A DNA stretch of 64,000 nt from an uncultured Pseudobdellovibrionaceae bacterium (GTDB taxonomy: Bacteria > Bdellovibrionota > Bdellovibrionia > Bdellovibrionales > UBA1609), in contig CAWDNU010000004.1 in the NCBI GenBank assembly GCA_963803705.1, positions 384,001-448,000 of the forward strand, written 5' to 3'. The position numbers and the translations under genes were made by a program. The notes below the pieces were generated by a model. It saw only the letters and a list, made by a program, of their open reading frames with translations. It did not search any database and was not told the DNA's origin. Positions 51,301 through 60,462 of this stretch are shown here, one piece after another; the stretch's first letter is position 1; each line of letters begins with the position of its first letter.

Positions 51301-54292
51301 TTTGACCGGGTAAAAAAGTCACTGAAGTTATTCCAATCTCACAAATGCTATCGTTGTAAAAACCAGCAGCTGCACCTGCTCCGGTAAGATTAACTATAGT
51401 GTTAGCCACAACTGGAGCCACCGTTGAGTCACCATCTAAAGTTTCCACACGAAAGGGTCCTCGGCACGCACTTGTCAAAGAGCTTGCAGGCGCTGCAGGT
51501 GCCGTAATGCGTAAACCTGAAGGACTGATTGTTAACTGTCTAGTTGCGGACTGACTCATTAAACCAGCTTGATCAGAAATAAAAATGTTTAGAATTTCTG
51601 CCTGTTGGCCTTTAAAATAAACTATTACCGTTGATGATCCCTCTGGGACAGTAACACTAGTGTTAGAGCCACCACCAGAACATGATGCTGAAGTATAAAA
51701 GCGACCCGTAGAGGATGCCCCTTGCACACCATTAACATTTAAGTTGAAGGTTCTATCGGCAGGCACGTTATTATTTAATGTATCTCTTAAACGAATTGTA
51801 AATGCTGTTGAACACTGTCCAGCCACAACGCTTGATGGTCCGCTATAAATAATTTTTGAAGCCAGTACTTTGACATCTTGAAACGGTGATATAGTGGCTA
51901 TATTACCCAGTGGATCTGAGGCTGTAATGACTAAGTTCTCTCCCTTAGGATCTTTTAAGTACACAAGTGTTTTGTTATTTGGTGATACACCCTGGCTCAT
52001 TGGAAAACCAGCTGGCGAAATTTCTGTAGTACAAGTGTCATTAGAATAAATCTTTGCGTCCGATCCAGTGATACCTGTCATCAAAATGTTCGTGGCTCCA
52101 AAAACCTGTCCTGCCGAGTTATCTTCTGCTAGCGGAGAAATAACAATTTTAGTAGAACACTCACCGGATAAAACAGTTAGTGTTGAACCTGGAGCTGCCG
52201 GCGGAGCGGCTTCTGCTAAAACACTTATTTTACTTGGAGTCACATTTAAAGTGTAATTTGCCGGAGTCAAAACAGCAGATGAATCCGAGGCTACGATATT
52301 TAAAGCTAGTGACTTGTTATTTCTTAAGTAAACAGTTCTTGTGTCAGTGCCAGGTGTGAAAGTCACATTGGTACTTAACGCTGCACCTCCACAGGTGCTG
52401 CTAGAATACAAAAGTGATGTTCCCAATCCTGTAAGCTGCACAGTTGTATTAGTTGTAGCTTTTGAAGGGTTACCTCCAAAATCTCTTAGTTGTAAAGTGA
52501 TCGCAGAACTACACTGTCCCGATCTGACGGACGAAGCTCCTTGCATTGATATAACTCTTGGAATACCTGCGGTTATATTGAAGTTATTGCTAGTAGCAGG
52601 ACTTAAAGCACCTGAGCTTGCGACCAAACGAAAGCCACTTCCCGTTTGATCTATTCCAAGATTACTAAATGTAGCCAGGCCTCCAACTGCATTTTTGGGA
52701 TGAGTTCCAGTTAAATTAGCAGCCCCGACATTATTAGAAATAGATAATGCGATGGATCCGATACTTGAAGGTCCGGATGAGATTAAGTTTCCTTGAGCAT
52801 CTTGAACAGCCACTTGAATTTCGTTCATCCCATTATTTCCAGCTGGGGAATTTTGCGGCTGAATGATAAACGCCAATCTGCTGGGCGAACCGGCCTTAAA
52901 CGGAGCCGCCACGGCAATTCCAGTAAGACCAGCGGGTGAAGTGATATTTAAAGTTCTTGCAGGGTTGGTATCAGCTGTAGTTGTCGAAATCGATCCTGAT
53001 GTTACACCTAATGCATTTGTTGATAGTAAAGGTTGATTTAAAAAATCACCAGGAACACTGGAACTAAATTGTGGTCTTACCCCAGGCACTGCATTGCCGT
53101 ATCTATCTTTTAAGTTAAATATAACTTGGTAAGAGTCTGTTCCATTAGCTACTAAAGCATCGAAAGGGGGCTGAATAGGCGGATCAATAGTGATTGTGGT
53201 AAAGTCTGGATGAACAGCTCCCGGGGTTATATTAAAAGCATTAGAATTTACAGTCATCACCGGTGTGCCAAAGCTAAGCGAAGAGGTATCGGATTTCTTC
53301 GCTGTTAGAATTTTAGAACCCGCTTCTTCAAAAAAAATATCGTTGAAAGTAGCAACCCCTGCAACCGCGTTGATTGCAAAAGTCCCTCTGACTGTTCCAC
53401 CCGTTGGTGAAGCGGTTGAAATTTCTAAAGTGATCAGAGCTGTTGCATCTGGACCACCAGAAACAATATTATTGTTTTCATCTAAGACATGCACTACTGG
53501 CTGTACATTTAATAAATCACCGGCTGCTGCGTTACCTGGCTGTGTTAAAAATACCAACCGATCTGCACTGCCTAACGCGGTAAAGTTTACTGTCTGCAAA
53601 TTGTTATCTTCAATCCCATCAACTGACACATTTACTTTACATGTGTATTGAGTGTTTGTTTGCAAACCTGATATGATTACAGAACTTAAACTCATGTCTG
53701 TAATAGATTCGTAAAGTTGATAACCAGGGTTTATATTTGTAAAGCAGTAGGCAGCTGCGTTTAAAGCTTCTCCGCCACTAGTAGTGCTATAAAAAATTTG
53801 TGCTGAAGTACTTGAAACAACACTTACAGACGTTGCTCCGCCGTAGGGGATCCCTGGCGCGTCATTAATATTTATGTCTTCATTGCCCAAGTCATCAACA
53901 GCTTTAACCCTAAAACGATATAAGATATTTCTATTTAAACCACTGATCGTCGTCGATGTCGTATCTGCATCAACTGTCTTAAGTAACACTGGGGCCGTGG
54001 GCAAAGTGGCATTATAAATATTGTATGAAACGACTTTATCTAATGGTGATCTGACCCAACTGACTCGGACTTGATTGGCAGACAAAGTCTGAACAACATT
54101 AACACCAGTGAAACCACCAAAAGTTGTATCTCCGTCGATGGACTCTTGAGTTAGGCTTTTTTCTGAGGGCACGCATGAGATTAAAAAGAAAACGGATAAA
54201 AGAATTAGAAAACCACTTTTTATCAACTTAAAAAACGACAGAGTCTTATCAATATTGTGGGCTTTCATATTTCTAAAGATTACTTCTATCAT
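48398..54292 (-). CDS. Giant surface lipoprotein: Fn3, Ig/invasin-like stalk, NHL-like propeller with Cys-loop inserts
   Basis: LISC lipobox; RL.F..QP Ig repeats; P.GL..D...LY..D...HRI blades; 8x GWIG...C...PGWCxGG. Confidence 0.85.
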   Translation of the reverse strand: MIEVIFRNMKAHNIDKTLSFFKLIKSGFLILLSVFFLISCVPSEKSLTQESIDGDTTFGGFTGVNVVQTLSANQVRVSWVRSPLDKVVSYNIYNATLPTAPVLLKTVDADTTSTTISGLNRNILYRFRVKAVDDLGNEDININDAPGIPYGGATSVSVVSSTSAQIFYSTTSGGEALNAAAYCFTNINPGYQLYESITDMSLSSVIISGLQTNTQYTCKVNVSVDGIEDNNLQTVNFTALGSADRLVFLTQPGNAAAGDLLNVQPVVHVLDENNNIVSGGPDATALITLEISTASPTGGTVRGTFAINAVAGVATFNDIFFEEAGSKILTAKKSDTSSLSFGTPVMTVNSNAFNITPGAVHPDFTTITIDPPIQPPFDALVANGTDSYQVIFNLKDRYGNAVPGVRPQFSSSVPGDFLNQPLLSTNALGVTSGSISTTTADTNPARTLNITSPAGLTGIAVAAPFKAGSPSRLAFIIQPQNSPAGNNGMNEIQVAVQDAQGNLISSGPSSIGSIALSISNNVGAANLTGTHPKNAVGGLATFSNLGIDQTGSGFRLVASSGALSPATSNNFNITAGIPRVISMQGASSVRSGQCSSAITLQLRDFGGNPSKATTNTTVQLTGLGTSLLYSSSTCGGAALSTNVTFTPGTDTRTVYLRNNKSLALNIVASDSSAVLTPANYTLNVTPSKISVLAEAAPPAAPGSTLTVLSGECSTKIVISPLAEDNSAGQVFGATNILMTGITGSDAKIYSNDTCTTEISPAGFPMSQGVSPNNKTLVYLKDPKGENLVITASDPLGNIATISPFQDVKVLASKIIYSGPSSVVAGQCSTAFTIRLRDTLNNNVPADRTFNLNVNGVQGASSTGRFYTSASCSGGGSNTSVTVPEGSSTVIVYFKGQQAEILNIFISDQAGLMSQSATRQLTISPSGLRITAPAAPASSLTSACRGPFRVETLDGDSTVAPVVANTIVNLTGAGAAAGFYNDSICEIGITSVTFLPGQSSKTFYFKGQYPEAPLTLTATDNAAVLTPATQAWSVIGDWGWLGTDSTQEDAGGNLLPFRMGLKPVSARYDGIRGAQQIAFTPNKQFLFVADADAHRIIKYDYQNLEYRGWIGRMLKENGIGSNGSKQPVPSNALCISTNDNQDLPGWCVGGRSRATGSTTTGGLYQPWGLVSDDTYVYVSNVSGDSVTRHRVDTGAFDGWIGQVNNSTPSGTGTGGAAGCTSVSNGAVTPGWCIGGNQTNNDSRVGDGRMLNPQGLEIDNTFLYVGVAGAVLRYNKTTGAFQGWIGMVDNTPSSGSAGCTLSSRDQLTPGWCFGGSYKSVNARSQSGVQGGVREARDIIINGTNMYVLNSGDGGVINRYNKDTGAFVERLPNLNFTWTNPQQFSFDGTYFYVSDDERILKVGTTGLIESWMGKVSNNSGMSGNAGCSSLQPNDNTPGWCLGGSHKPGLGERSFLNNYGIAFDGAGSFLAISREFAMLKKFSTATGVYQGAIGLESKSPKTWTSDRTKPAEFYGLDDNSMYSPVGSLVVGDFLFVTEREGSRVKKISKNTGQLVGWIGGITSVPTGGQTAGCLSANAMGPSPSWCLGASSYPTFTWNDNNLIDDLVDGIMYRPQGLASDGTWLYITDNSLHRIQRFRVDSGSYGGWIGRISTSSGSSPTGGAAGCSGASSGTFTPGWCFGGRSTSGSEDGMLNSPGGMTYYAGSLFVIDISNHRVSKYNATTGNFEGWIGRVNSNPTSGCGVASNGDYNIANGYEPYSGTTGWCFGGTSRAGTTRSDNGGGFFFENSNETSSIHTDGVFLFVTNTRNNRVDRFNINNGTFHSAARTREDTGQYSNTWETGRTNVNNVGNSSDCSRPISIWVDTNFIYGLNSYPCQRESDGMSLWKMDKATGNMVGWKGGISSSVPPTGGDPGCVGATASTPGWCQGGRIASGVLLGQWSGIRGMISGDANYLYVTDGDANRVVRVPK

Positions 54293-54351
54293 ATATCGCC
54301 TTTTTAAATTTATATAAAGATTTCGTTAATGGGGCATAACCTATATAGTAT

Positions 54352-54379
54352 TTATCGACTTTTATAGAAAATCTCTCTA
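54352..54379 (-). promoter_or_regulatory. sigma28-like promoter TAGA-N16-GTCGATAA
   Basis: Upstream of adhesin operon. Confidence 0.55.
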
Positions 54380-54641
54380 GCTTTTTTTACAGTAAATTTA
54401 AGTTATCTTAATTTTCATGGCTTAGATTAATACAGTAAACTTAGGTCAAGGTTCACTTAGTTTGGCAAAGATTAAGCAGGGCTTACAGCTTAATAAAATA
54501 TAGAAGTTCGACAACTTAGTTGAATAAGTTTCGAAAATTCTCAGTATGAAACACTATTTTAAGGAGAATCTTTTAAATTGATGGATGGGGCTGCAAATTG
54601 AATTTAAGATTAATTTTTAAATTAAATATGAATTTACTTTT

Positions 54642-55715
54642 TTAAAAACTAAGTGATATAAAGGCGTTGAACTGATCAGCATTTATACTTTCATTTTTAT
54701 CTGAAAATTTGTGACTAGCGTATGACAAACCGTATTGCAAACGCCTTAAATTATTTAAATTTTTAGTCCAATCCAAATTAAGTTTAATTGTCCGTTCCCC
54801 GAAAGGATCTGAAAAATCGTAAGGTGTAATTTGTAATTCCGCAGAGTAGCTGTCTTTTGCAGATCTGTAAAGTTCTGTTCGAAGACCAAAATTAGCACCA
54901 TATAAACCCGAGAAACCAAAAGAGCTGCCTAAAGAAAATAAATTTATTGTTGATGCTCCGAAGGTTAATCGACTTCTATACTTAGGATTTTTAGTTAATT
55001 TGACCAGCAAACTTGCTCCGGCCCTAGCGTCAAAAAATTGAGGGTTCTCATCCACTGGCGATGAGGAATAGGTAAATAATGTTAAGTTGGCGTCTGCGAA
55101 GTAGCCAATTTTTCGTCCTTTTTCTGGAGTGATATATTTAACACCAACTAACATAGCTTGAGAAACAAAAGTTCCAAATGAGGTTTGTCTATAAATTAAA
55201 TATGAATGACCAATACTAAAGAACACAGAGTCAAATAGTGACACCATCTTAAATTCTCTAGCCTCTGGAGCAAACAGGTAAAATGTTTCTGTCTGCACTT
55301 CATTTTCTGGACCTACAGACGTCAAAAAAAGTGTGCTTATTCTTGATCGCAAATAAGCGTAAACGACATGCGTTCCTTCTGCATCTAGTCTTCTGACAGG
55401 TTCCTTATCGCTTAAAAACAGTTGCCATCCAGGTTTATTATAATCAAGTTTCATCTTTACCATTGGCCTGAAAGATTCGCCTTGAGGCACTAAATAAACT
55501 GGCAGCTGCACCTGCGAAAGCTTTAGCTCAGGTAACCGACTTGGTGCCTGCTTGTCTCTTAGAATGTGCGCCACCCACAAAGCTTGTTTAGTTTTTAACG
55601 CTTCAGGTTCCACTGTTTTTTTTTCCGAAATTCCAACGGCAGCTTTGGTTTCACCATTTGCAGTTGAAATAAACTGGCTAATTACTACAAATGAAAAGAA
55701 GGCTTTCAAGAACAT
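54642..55715 (-). CDS. Exported protein with C-terminal outer-membrane beta-barrel
   Basis: Signal peptide, amphipathic strands, terminal ISLSF. Confidence 0.72.
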   Translation of the reverse strand: MFLKAFFSFVVISQFISTANGETKAAVGISEKKTVEPEALKTKQALWVAHILRDKQAPSRLPELKLSQVQLPVYLVPQGESFRPMVKMKLDYNKPGWQLFLSDKEPVRRLDAEGTHVVYAYLRSRISTLFLTSVGPENEVQTETFYLFAPEAREFKMVSLFDSVFFSIGHSYLIYRQTSFGTFVSQAMLVGVKYITPEKGRKIGYFADANLTLFTYSSSPVDENPQFFDARAGASLLVKLTKNPKYRSRLTFGASTINLFSLGSSFGFSGLYGANFGLRTELYRSAKDSYSAELQITPYDFSDPFGERTIKLNLDWTKNLNNLRRLQYGLSYASHKFSDKNESINADQFNAFISLSF

Positions 55716-55756
55716 AGTATAAGGGTCTCAAAAAGCAATTGTTTATACAAGTTTCT

Positions 55757-56764
55757 TTACTCAATTCTATTGGGTAGCTTAGGCTTAGGGTCAGACGAAG
55801 GAAGTCGAAGCTCAGGATTTTCAAATGTTGCTTTAATCGGATAATAAAGCGTAAATCCAGCGTAAATCTTTTTAGGGTTTTTAACCAGTTGGGGGTTGTT
55901 CTTCCAAATGTCCTTCCAACGGTCCGGTGTTCCGTAAAGTTTTTGCGAAATAGATTTTAAAGTGTCCATTTTTTTGATTAAGTAAGGTTTTCCATCTCGC
56001 TTGATGTAAATATATTTGACGTTTCTGATGGTCAATTCAGTTCCTACTTGCATAAGCTCAGGTTTTTTAATTTTATTTTTATTCACTTTGTATATATCTT
56101 TCCACTTCAAATAATTAGCATATTTTTCGAAGGCTATTTTCATTAACGTGTCACCCAATCGGACTATATAGCTTACCGTTTTCACGTCATTATTGGATCC
56201 AGAAGCTACTCCATTTATACCTGATCTAAAGCTTAGCGGTCCCTGTTTTTTTCTAACTAATGACTTTCCCAGTGGACCTTCTGATTTTAAGATCATTTCA
56301 TCTTCTGTAAGCACAGCGTTTTGGTCAGCACCAGCCACAAACTTATTAGAAGTGCTTATTCTTTCAGGTTTAGCTTCAAGACCGGTAATCTTCTTTGCTA
56401 GATCATAGTTTCGTTTAGCAAGTTCATAGCTTTGCCTAGCTGCTTCATAACTTTGTCTTGCATCTTCACTTAAAAATCTAGTCTCGCCGTTTTCGGTTTC
56501 GAAGCGGGAATCTGTGTCTATATGACTTTGCAAAGTCCGTATCGCTCCAGAGTAAGCTGGGGTATCAGAATAAATCAGCAATCCTTCTTCTGTAATGCGT
56601 TCAATATCTTTTGCAATTTCAACTGGGATCGGAACTGCATCTGTTGCTGCTGTAGCTCTTTGCCGAAAACCCGGGTCTTCTAACTGTCCACTTGATGAAC
56701 ATCCAGCAAGAAAAAATAGTGACATCAAACAAATAATTATAATGCTAAGTAGTTGATTAAACAT
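55757..56764 (-). CDS. Lipoprotein with two LysM peptidoglycan-binding domains
   Basis: LAGC lipobox; YIVRLGDTLMKIA...W..IY..N and YLIKKMDTLKSIS...W..IW..N. Confidence 0.9.
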   Translation of the reverse strand: MFNQLLSIIIICLMSLFFLAGCSSSGQLEDPGFRQRATAATDAVPIPVEIAKDIERITEEGLLIYSDTPAYSGAIRTLQSHIDTDSRFETENGETRFLSEDARQSYEAARQSYELAKRNYDLAKKITGLEAKPERISTSNKFVAGADQNAVLTEDEMILKSEGPLGKSLVRKKQGPLSFRSGINGVASGSNNDVKTVSYIVRLGDTLMKIAFEKYANYLKWKDIYKVNKNKIKKPELMQVGTELTIRNVKYIYIKRDGKPYLIKKMDTLKSISQKLYGTPDRWKDIWKNNPQLVKNPKKIYAGFTLYYPIKATFENPELRLPSSDPKPKLPNRIE

Positions 56765-56852
56765 AAGTACTACTTCGGACTATTAGCCCGTATAATCTAT
56801 GGTCTAGGTAGTATTTCTAGACGAAAATGCGGGCAAATAAGTTTGACAATTT

Positions 56853-59800
56853 TTATGAACTTGGAATTTCAGTTTCACTCGGTTCAACTTTGCCAGGCGG
56901 CAAAGGCGGCACGGGTATAAATTCGCTGGACTTTAAGCTTAAAATTAAAGATTGAGCCTTTTTGTCGACTTCCTGATTGGTTTTAACCAACAACTCTTTA
57001 ACCTCATCACGCTGCTTAACCAATTGTTCATATTGGTTTTCAAGTAAAGCTCGCTGAGGTCCAAAAACATTAGACTTAGTCATTAAAACTTCAATCTTAG
57101 AGATCTCTCTTTCGGTTATTTTCAAGTAAGGATTTAGTGGATTAAACTCTTTGGTAGCACGTAATTCCGAAGAAATTTGTATTATCTGTTTTTGTAAACT
57201 GCCTTTTTGTGAATCAACCCATCTAGAATACAGACTCAATTGCTCTTCCCTTTTCTTAATACTGTGTAATGCAGCATCAAGTTCATGATTTTTCTTCTTG
57301 ATCTTTGCATATAGGTCCTTGTTTTCGTCTATCTCATTTTGTAAACTCTGTTTTTGATTAAATACAGATTCGTACTTAGTCCCTGCGTCCACAATTTTGG
57401 ACCCTAGATCGACGGATCGAAATTCAAGATCTTTAATGATGCCCGCCAACTTAGCATTCTCGTGCTTTTGGATTTCTATTTTTTTTGTCTTTTCAGAAAG
57501 ATCGATAGTGGTTCTTCTTTCAAGCTCTTTATAATCTTTTTCTTTTATCTCAGCTTCATCTTTTAACTTGGTTAAGGTCGCATATTGAAGGTTGAAATCA
57601 AAATCTTTCTGCTTTAAGTTTATGTTTAAATCTATAATTTCATCGCTTAAACTTTGATTTTTTTTCAAAAGCTCATCAGATTCATCAGATTTTACATCCA
57701 ACACTTCTTTAAGTGATAAAATTTCAGTGTTCTTATTATCTAAGGTGGCCTGAAGCCCATTCAATTCTAGTAGCTGTTCTTTTTTATCATTCATAAGCAG
57801 ACTTATATCAGCTTGTAAAAAACTGTTTTCTTCAATAAGTCCACTAATTTCAATATTTAGGTCCACTATCTTATCATCAAACTCTTTTTCGCACAGTTCT
57901 AATTTGTAAAGATGAGCATTTTGAATCTCTAGGGTACGACTTTTGTTAGCAATTTGACTTTCTAAGTCTGTGATCCGGTTTTCCAAATTTTTATTTATAC
58001 CAATCAAAACACCATGTTCTTCAGAAGATTTATTAATAAGTCCTTGCTTCGAATCAGCTTCTGCTTTTTTATCTTCATAGCTTAAACCTAATAATCTTTT
58101 TTCTTCTAACAGTGATTCTTTTTCTAAAGCTTGCGAACTTAAATCCTTTTGCAGGGAAATATTCTTCTCTTTTAAATCATGAATCTTATCCTGTAAGCCA
58201 GTGGCTTCAGCAATTAGGTCCTTTTTCTCGAATTCTAATTGATCAAATAATATTTGCTGTTTTTCAAGCATACTATTTTTGTACTCTAACTTCTGATTTA
58301 AACCTAAAACCTCTTCCTTCAGCCCATCATTAAGTGTGACTGAAGATTTATGGTCCCTAATAGAATCATCAATTATCTTTTGCTTGGAAATAAGCACGGT
58401 CTCTTTTGATGACAACTGAATTTTAAGCTCTTCAATTTTTTGATGGGCATCTAAAATTGTTGAATTTAGCGACTTTTGTCGCTGTTCACTTACACTCATG
58501 CTTTTTTTGTTTTCAATAATCTCTAGTTGAAGCTCATTTAGTTGAACGTTTACAGCAGATATTTTATCTTCAGACTCAGCCCTAAAATCATCTGATTTTA
58601 AAACTTCATCCTGGTACAAAGAAAGTTCCGCAGTTAAATCCTCATTTTTTTTCTTTAGCAAGACTTCTTGCGTTTCCAATCCGTTAATTTTAATCTCTAG
58701 CAATTCTAAATCTCTTAAATTATCTGCTATCTTTTGATGAGCCTGAACTAGAATTTCAGAAATTTTATCAATCTCAATTTTTTTATCTTTTTCTAGTTTT
58801 GAAATTTCTGTTTCAAATTCTATTTTCTGATCTTTAAGGCTTAGTTCTAACTTTTTATTGTTAGCCGCAAGACTCTCACTTTGCTTTATACTGACGCCAT
58901 AATCTTGTTCTAAAAAATCTATTTTATTTAAAGCCACAGACAATTTTTCCAGTACAGATCGATTTTGTTCTTTTTCGTAACTTAAGTCTTTGTCTAAATT
59001 TTTAAACTTCACCTTCAGTTCTGAAAAATCTTTTAGTTGTCTTTCAAGCTCAACCATCTCGTCAGTTTTACTTTCAAAGGTTTTTCTTAAAACAGACATT
59101 TGGTGCCCGACCATTACTATCTGCTCTCTTAAATTTTTATTATCTTCTAAAGCTGTTTTTAAATCCAGGCTCTTGTTTTCTAGGTCTGTGTCTGAAGCCT
59201 TTATGCTGGCTTCAAAACGATCGATTTTTTGTCTTTGGACTTGCAACTCGTTTGATTTTTTTCCTATTAGCTCTTCAGCTTTTTTTAGATCGGTCGCCAC
59301 TAAGTCAAAAGACTCTTGTAGTTCTGATTTTTGAAGTAGTATTTTTTCAGACTGTTGTTCGTGTTCCAAAACCAAGTTGTCAAATCGCTCTGTCCAACTT
59401 TTGTTTTCGCGGTTTAAGTATTCGATTTCAGCTTTATATTCGTTGATTTTTTTAAGGTTTGTTTCACTCTCTACCATTAGTTTCTTATATTCAGATTTTG
59501 ATAAACTAAGGTCTTTGCTTACTAAAATAACTTTTTGATTTAAACTTAGCCGCTCTTGTTCAAATGATTTGAATTTTTCTTGATAAGAAAGAAGGTCATC
59601 AATTTTTTTATTTAAGTAATTAATTTCTTTTGTTTTCTCGTTCAACTCAGTGTTGAGTGACGACATTATTTTTTTTGAAACTTCTTTATCTTTATTAAAT
59701 TTAAGTTCTAACTCTTTTTTATCGGATTTTAATGATAGATTTTGGCTACTTATCTCTTCGTTAGTTTTATTTACTTCAGCTAATTGATTACTTGATTTAG

Positions 59801-60452
59801 TATTATTTGCAGCAAGTTCAGAAATATAGGTTTGTAGCTGTTCTTTTTCAGCTTGAATTCTTTTGCTTTTTGCCTGGGCTAACCTTTCTTTGTCCTCTGA
59901 CTTTTTCAGCAGTAGAGCCTTAGTCTCTAGCATCGTCTGCTCATAACTTTGAGTAGCTGCTTCTATCTCTTTATCTTTTCTCATTATTTGCTGCTGATAG
60001 TCATTAAGCTTAGCTTCTTTAGATTTAATAACTTCTCGAAACTGGTCAATCTTGCTTTCGCTGGCTTGCTTCTTATTATTAATATCTTCAAATTTTTCTA
60101 AAAGATCGTTTCTTATTTTAAGCAGCGTATCTACTCTTTCCTGATACTTTCTCCTGATCGAAAGCAGCTCACTCTGTTTTTCGTCTAGTTTTTTGCCTAA
60201 AAAACTAATTTTTTGATCACTTTTTATCAATTCAGAGTGAATCTTTTGTTTTTCACTCTCGATCATTTTTATCTTTTGATTGTTTTTTTCATGCCCTTCA
60301 ATAAACCCATTAATATCATTAAATAAACTTTGATGGTTCCAATTGACACCCTCCAAAGCCTGTTTAATCTTGGCCAACTTGTGATCAGTTGCGCTAAGGC
60401 TTTTCTTGTCTTTTGTCTTCAACTTTTTTTGCACGACCTGTCTTTTTTCCAT
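56853..60452 (-). CDS. Long cytoplasmic coiled-coil protein ending in a Pro-rich motif (PVPPLPPG)
   Basis: K/E/L heptad-rich throughout, no signal or TM, no Walker A motif. Confidence 0.85.
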   Translation of the reverse strand: MEKRQVVQKKLKTKDKKSLSATDHKLAKIKQALEGVNWNHQSLFNDINGFIEGHEKNNQKIKMIESEKQKIHSELIKSDQKISFLGKKLDEKQSELLSIRRKYQERVDTLLKIRNDLLEKFEDINNKKQASESKIDQFREVIKSKEAKLNDYQQQIMRKDKEIEAATQSYEQTMLETKALLLKKSEDKERLAQAKSKRIQAEKEQLQTYISELAANNTKSSNQLAEVNKTNEEISSQNLSLKSDKKELELKFNKDKEVSKKIMSSLNTELNEKTKEINYLNKKIDDLLSYQEKFKSFEQERLSLNQKVILVSKDLSLSKSEYKKLMVESETNLKKINEYKAEIEYLNRENKSWTERFDNLVLEHEQQSEKILLQKSELQESFDLVATDLKKAEELIGKKSNELQVQRQKIDRFEASIKASDTDLENKSLDLKTALEDNKNLREQIVMVGHQMSVLRKTFESKTDEMVELERQLKDFSELKVKFKNLDKDLSYEKEQNRSVLEKLSVALNKIDFLEQDYGVSIKQSESLAANNKKLELSLKDQKIEFETEISKLEKDKKIEIDKISEILVQAHQKIADNLRDLELLEIKINGLETQEVLLKKKNEDLTAELSLYQDEVLKSDDFRAESEDKISAVNVQLNELQLEIIENKKSMSVSEQRQKSLNSTILDAHQKIEELKIQLSSKETVLISKQKIIDDSIRDHKSSVTLNDGLKEEVLGLNQKLEYKNSMLEKQQILFDQLEFEKKDLIAEATGLQDKIHDLKEKNISLQKDLSSQALEKESLLEEKRLLGLSYEDKKAEADSKQGLINKSSEEHGVLIGINKNLENRITDLESQIANKSRTLEIQNAHLYKLELCEKEFDDKIVDLNIEISGLIEENSFLQADISLLMNDKKEQLLELNGLQATLDNKNTEILSLKEVLDVKSDESDELLKKNQSLSDEIIDLNINLKQKDFDFNLQYATLTKLKDEAEIKEKDYKELERRTTIDLSEKTKKIEIQKHENAKLAGIIKDLEFRSVDLGSKIVDAGTKYESVFNQKQSLQNEIDENKDLYAKIKKKNHELDAALHSIKKREEQLSLYSRWVDSQKGSLQKQIIQISSELRATKEFNPLNPYLKITEREISKIEVLMTKSNVFGPQRALLENQYEQLVKQRDEVKELLVKTNQEVDKKAQSLILSLKSSEFIPVPPLPPGKVEPSETEIPSS

Positions 60453-60462
60453 TAATAAACCC

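Noticed and set aside
45389..53651. Many short plus-strand ORFs inside the adhesin genes (and similar antisense ORFs elsewhere, e.g. 13298-13837)
   Set aside because: Antisense shadows of long genes, without SD or recognisable motifs.
56853..60452. SMC/Rad50 ATPase
   Set aside because: No Walker A/B or signature motifs; only coiled-coil composition.
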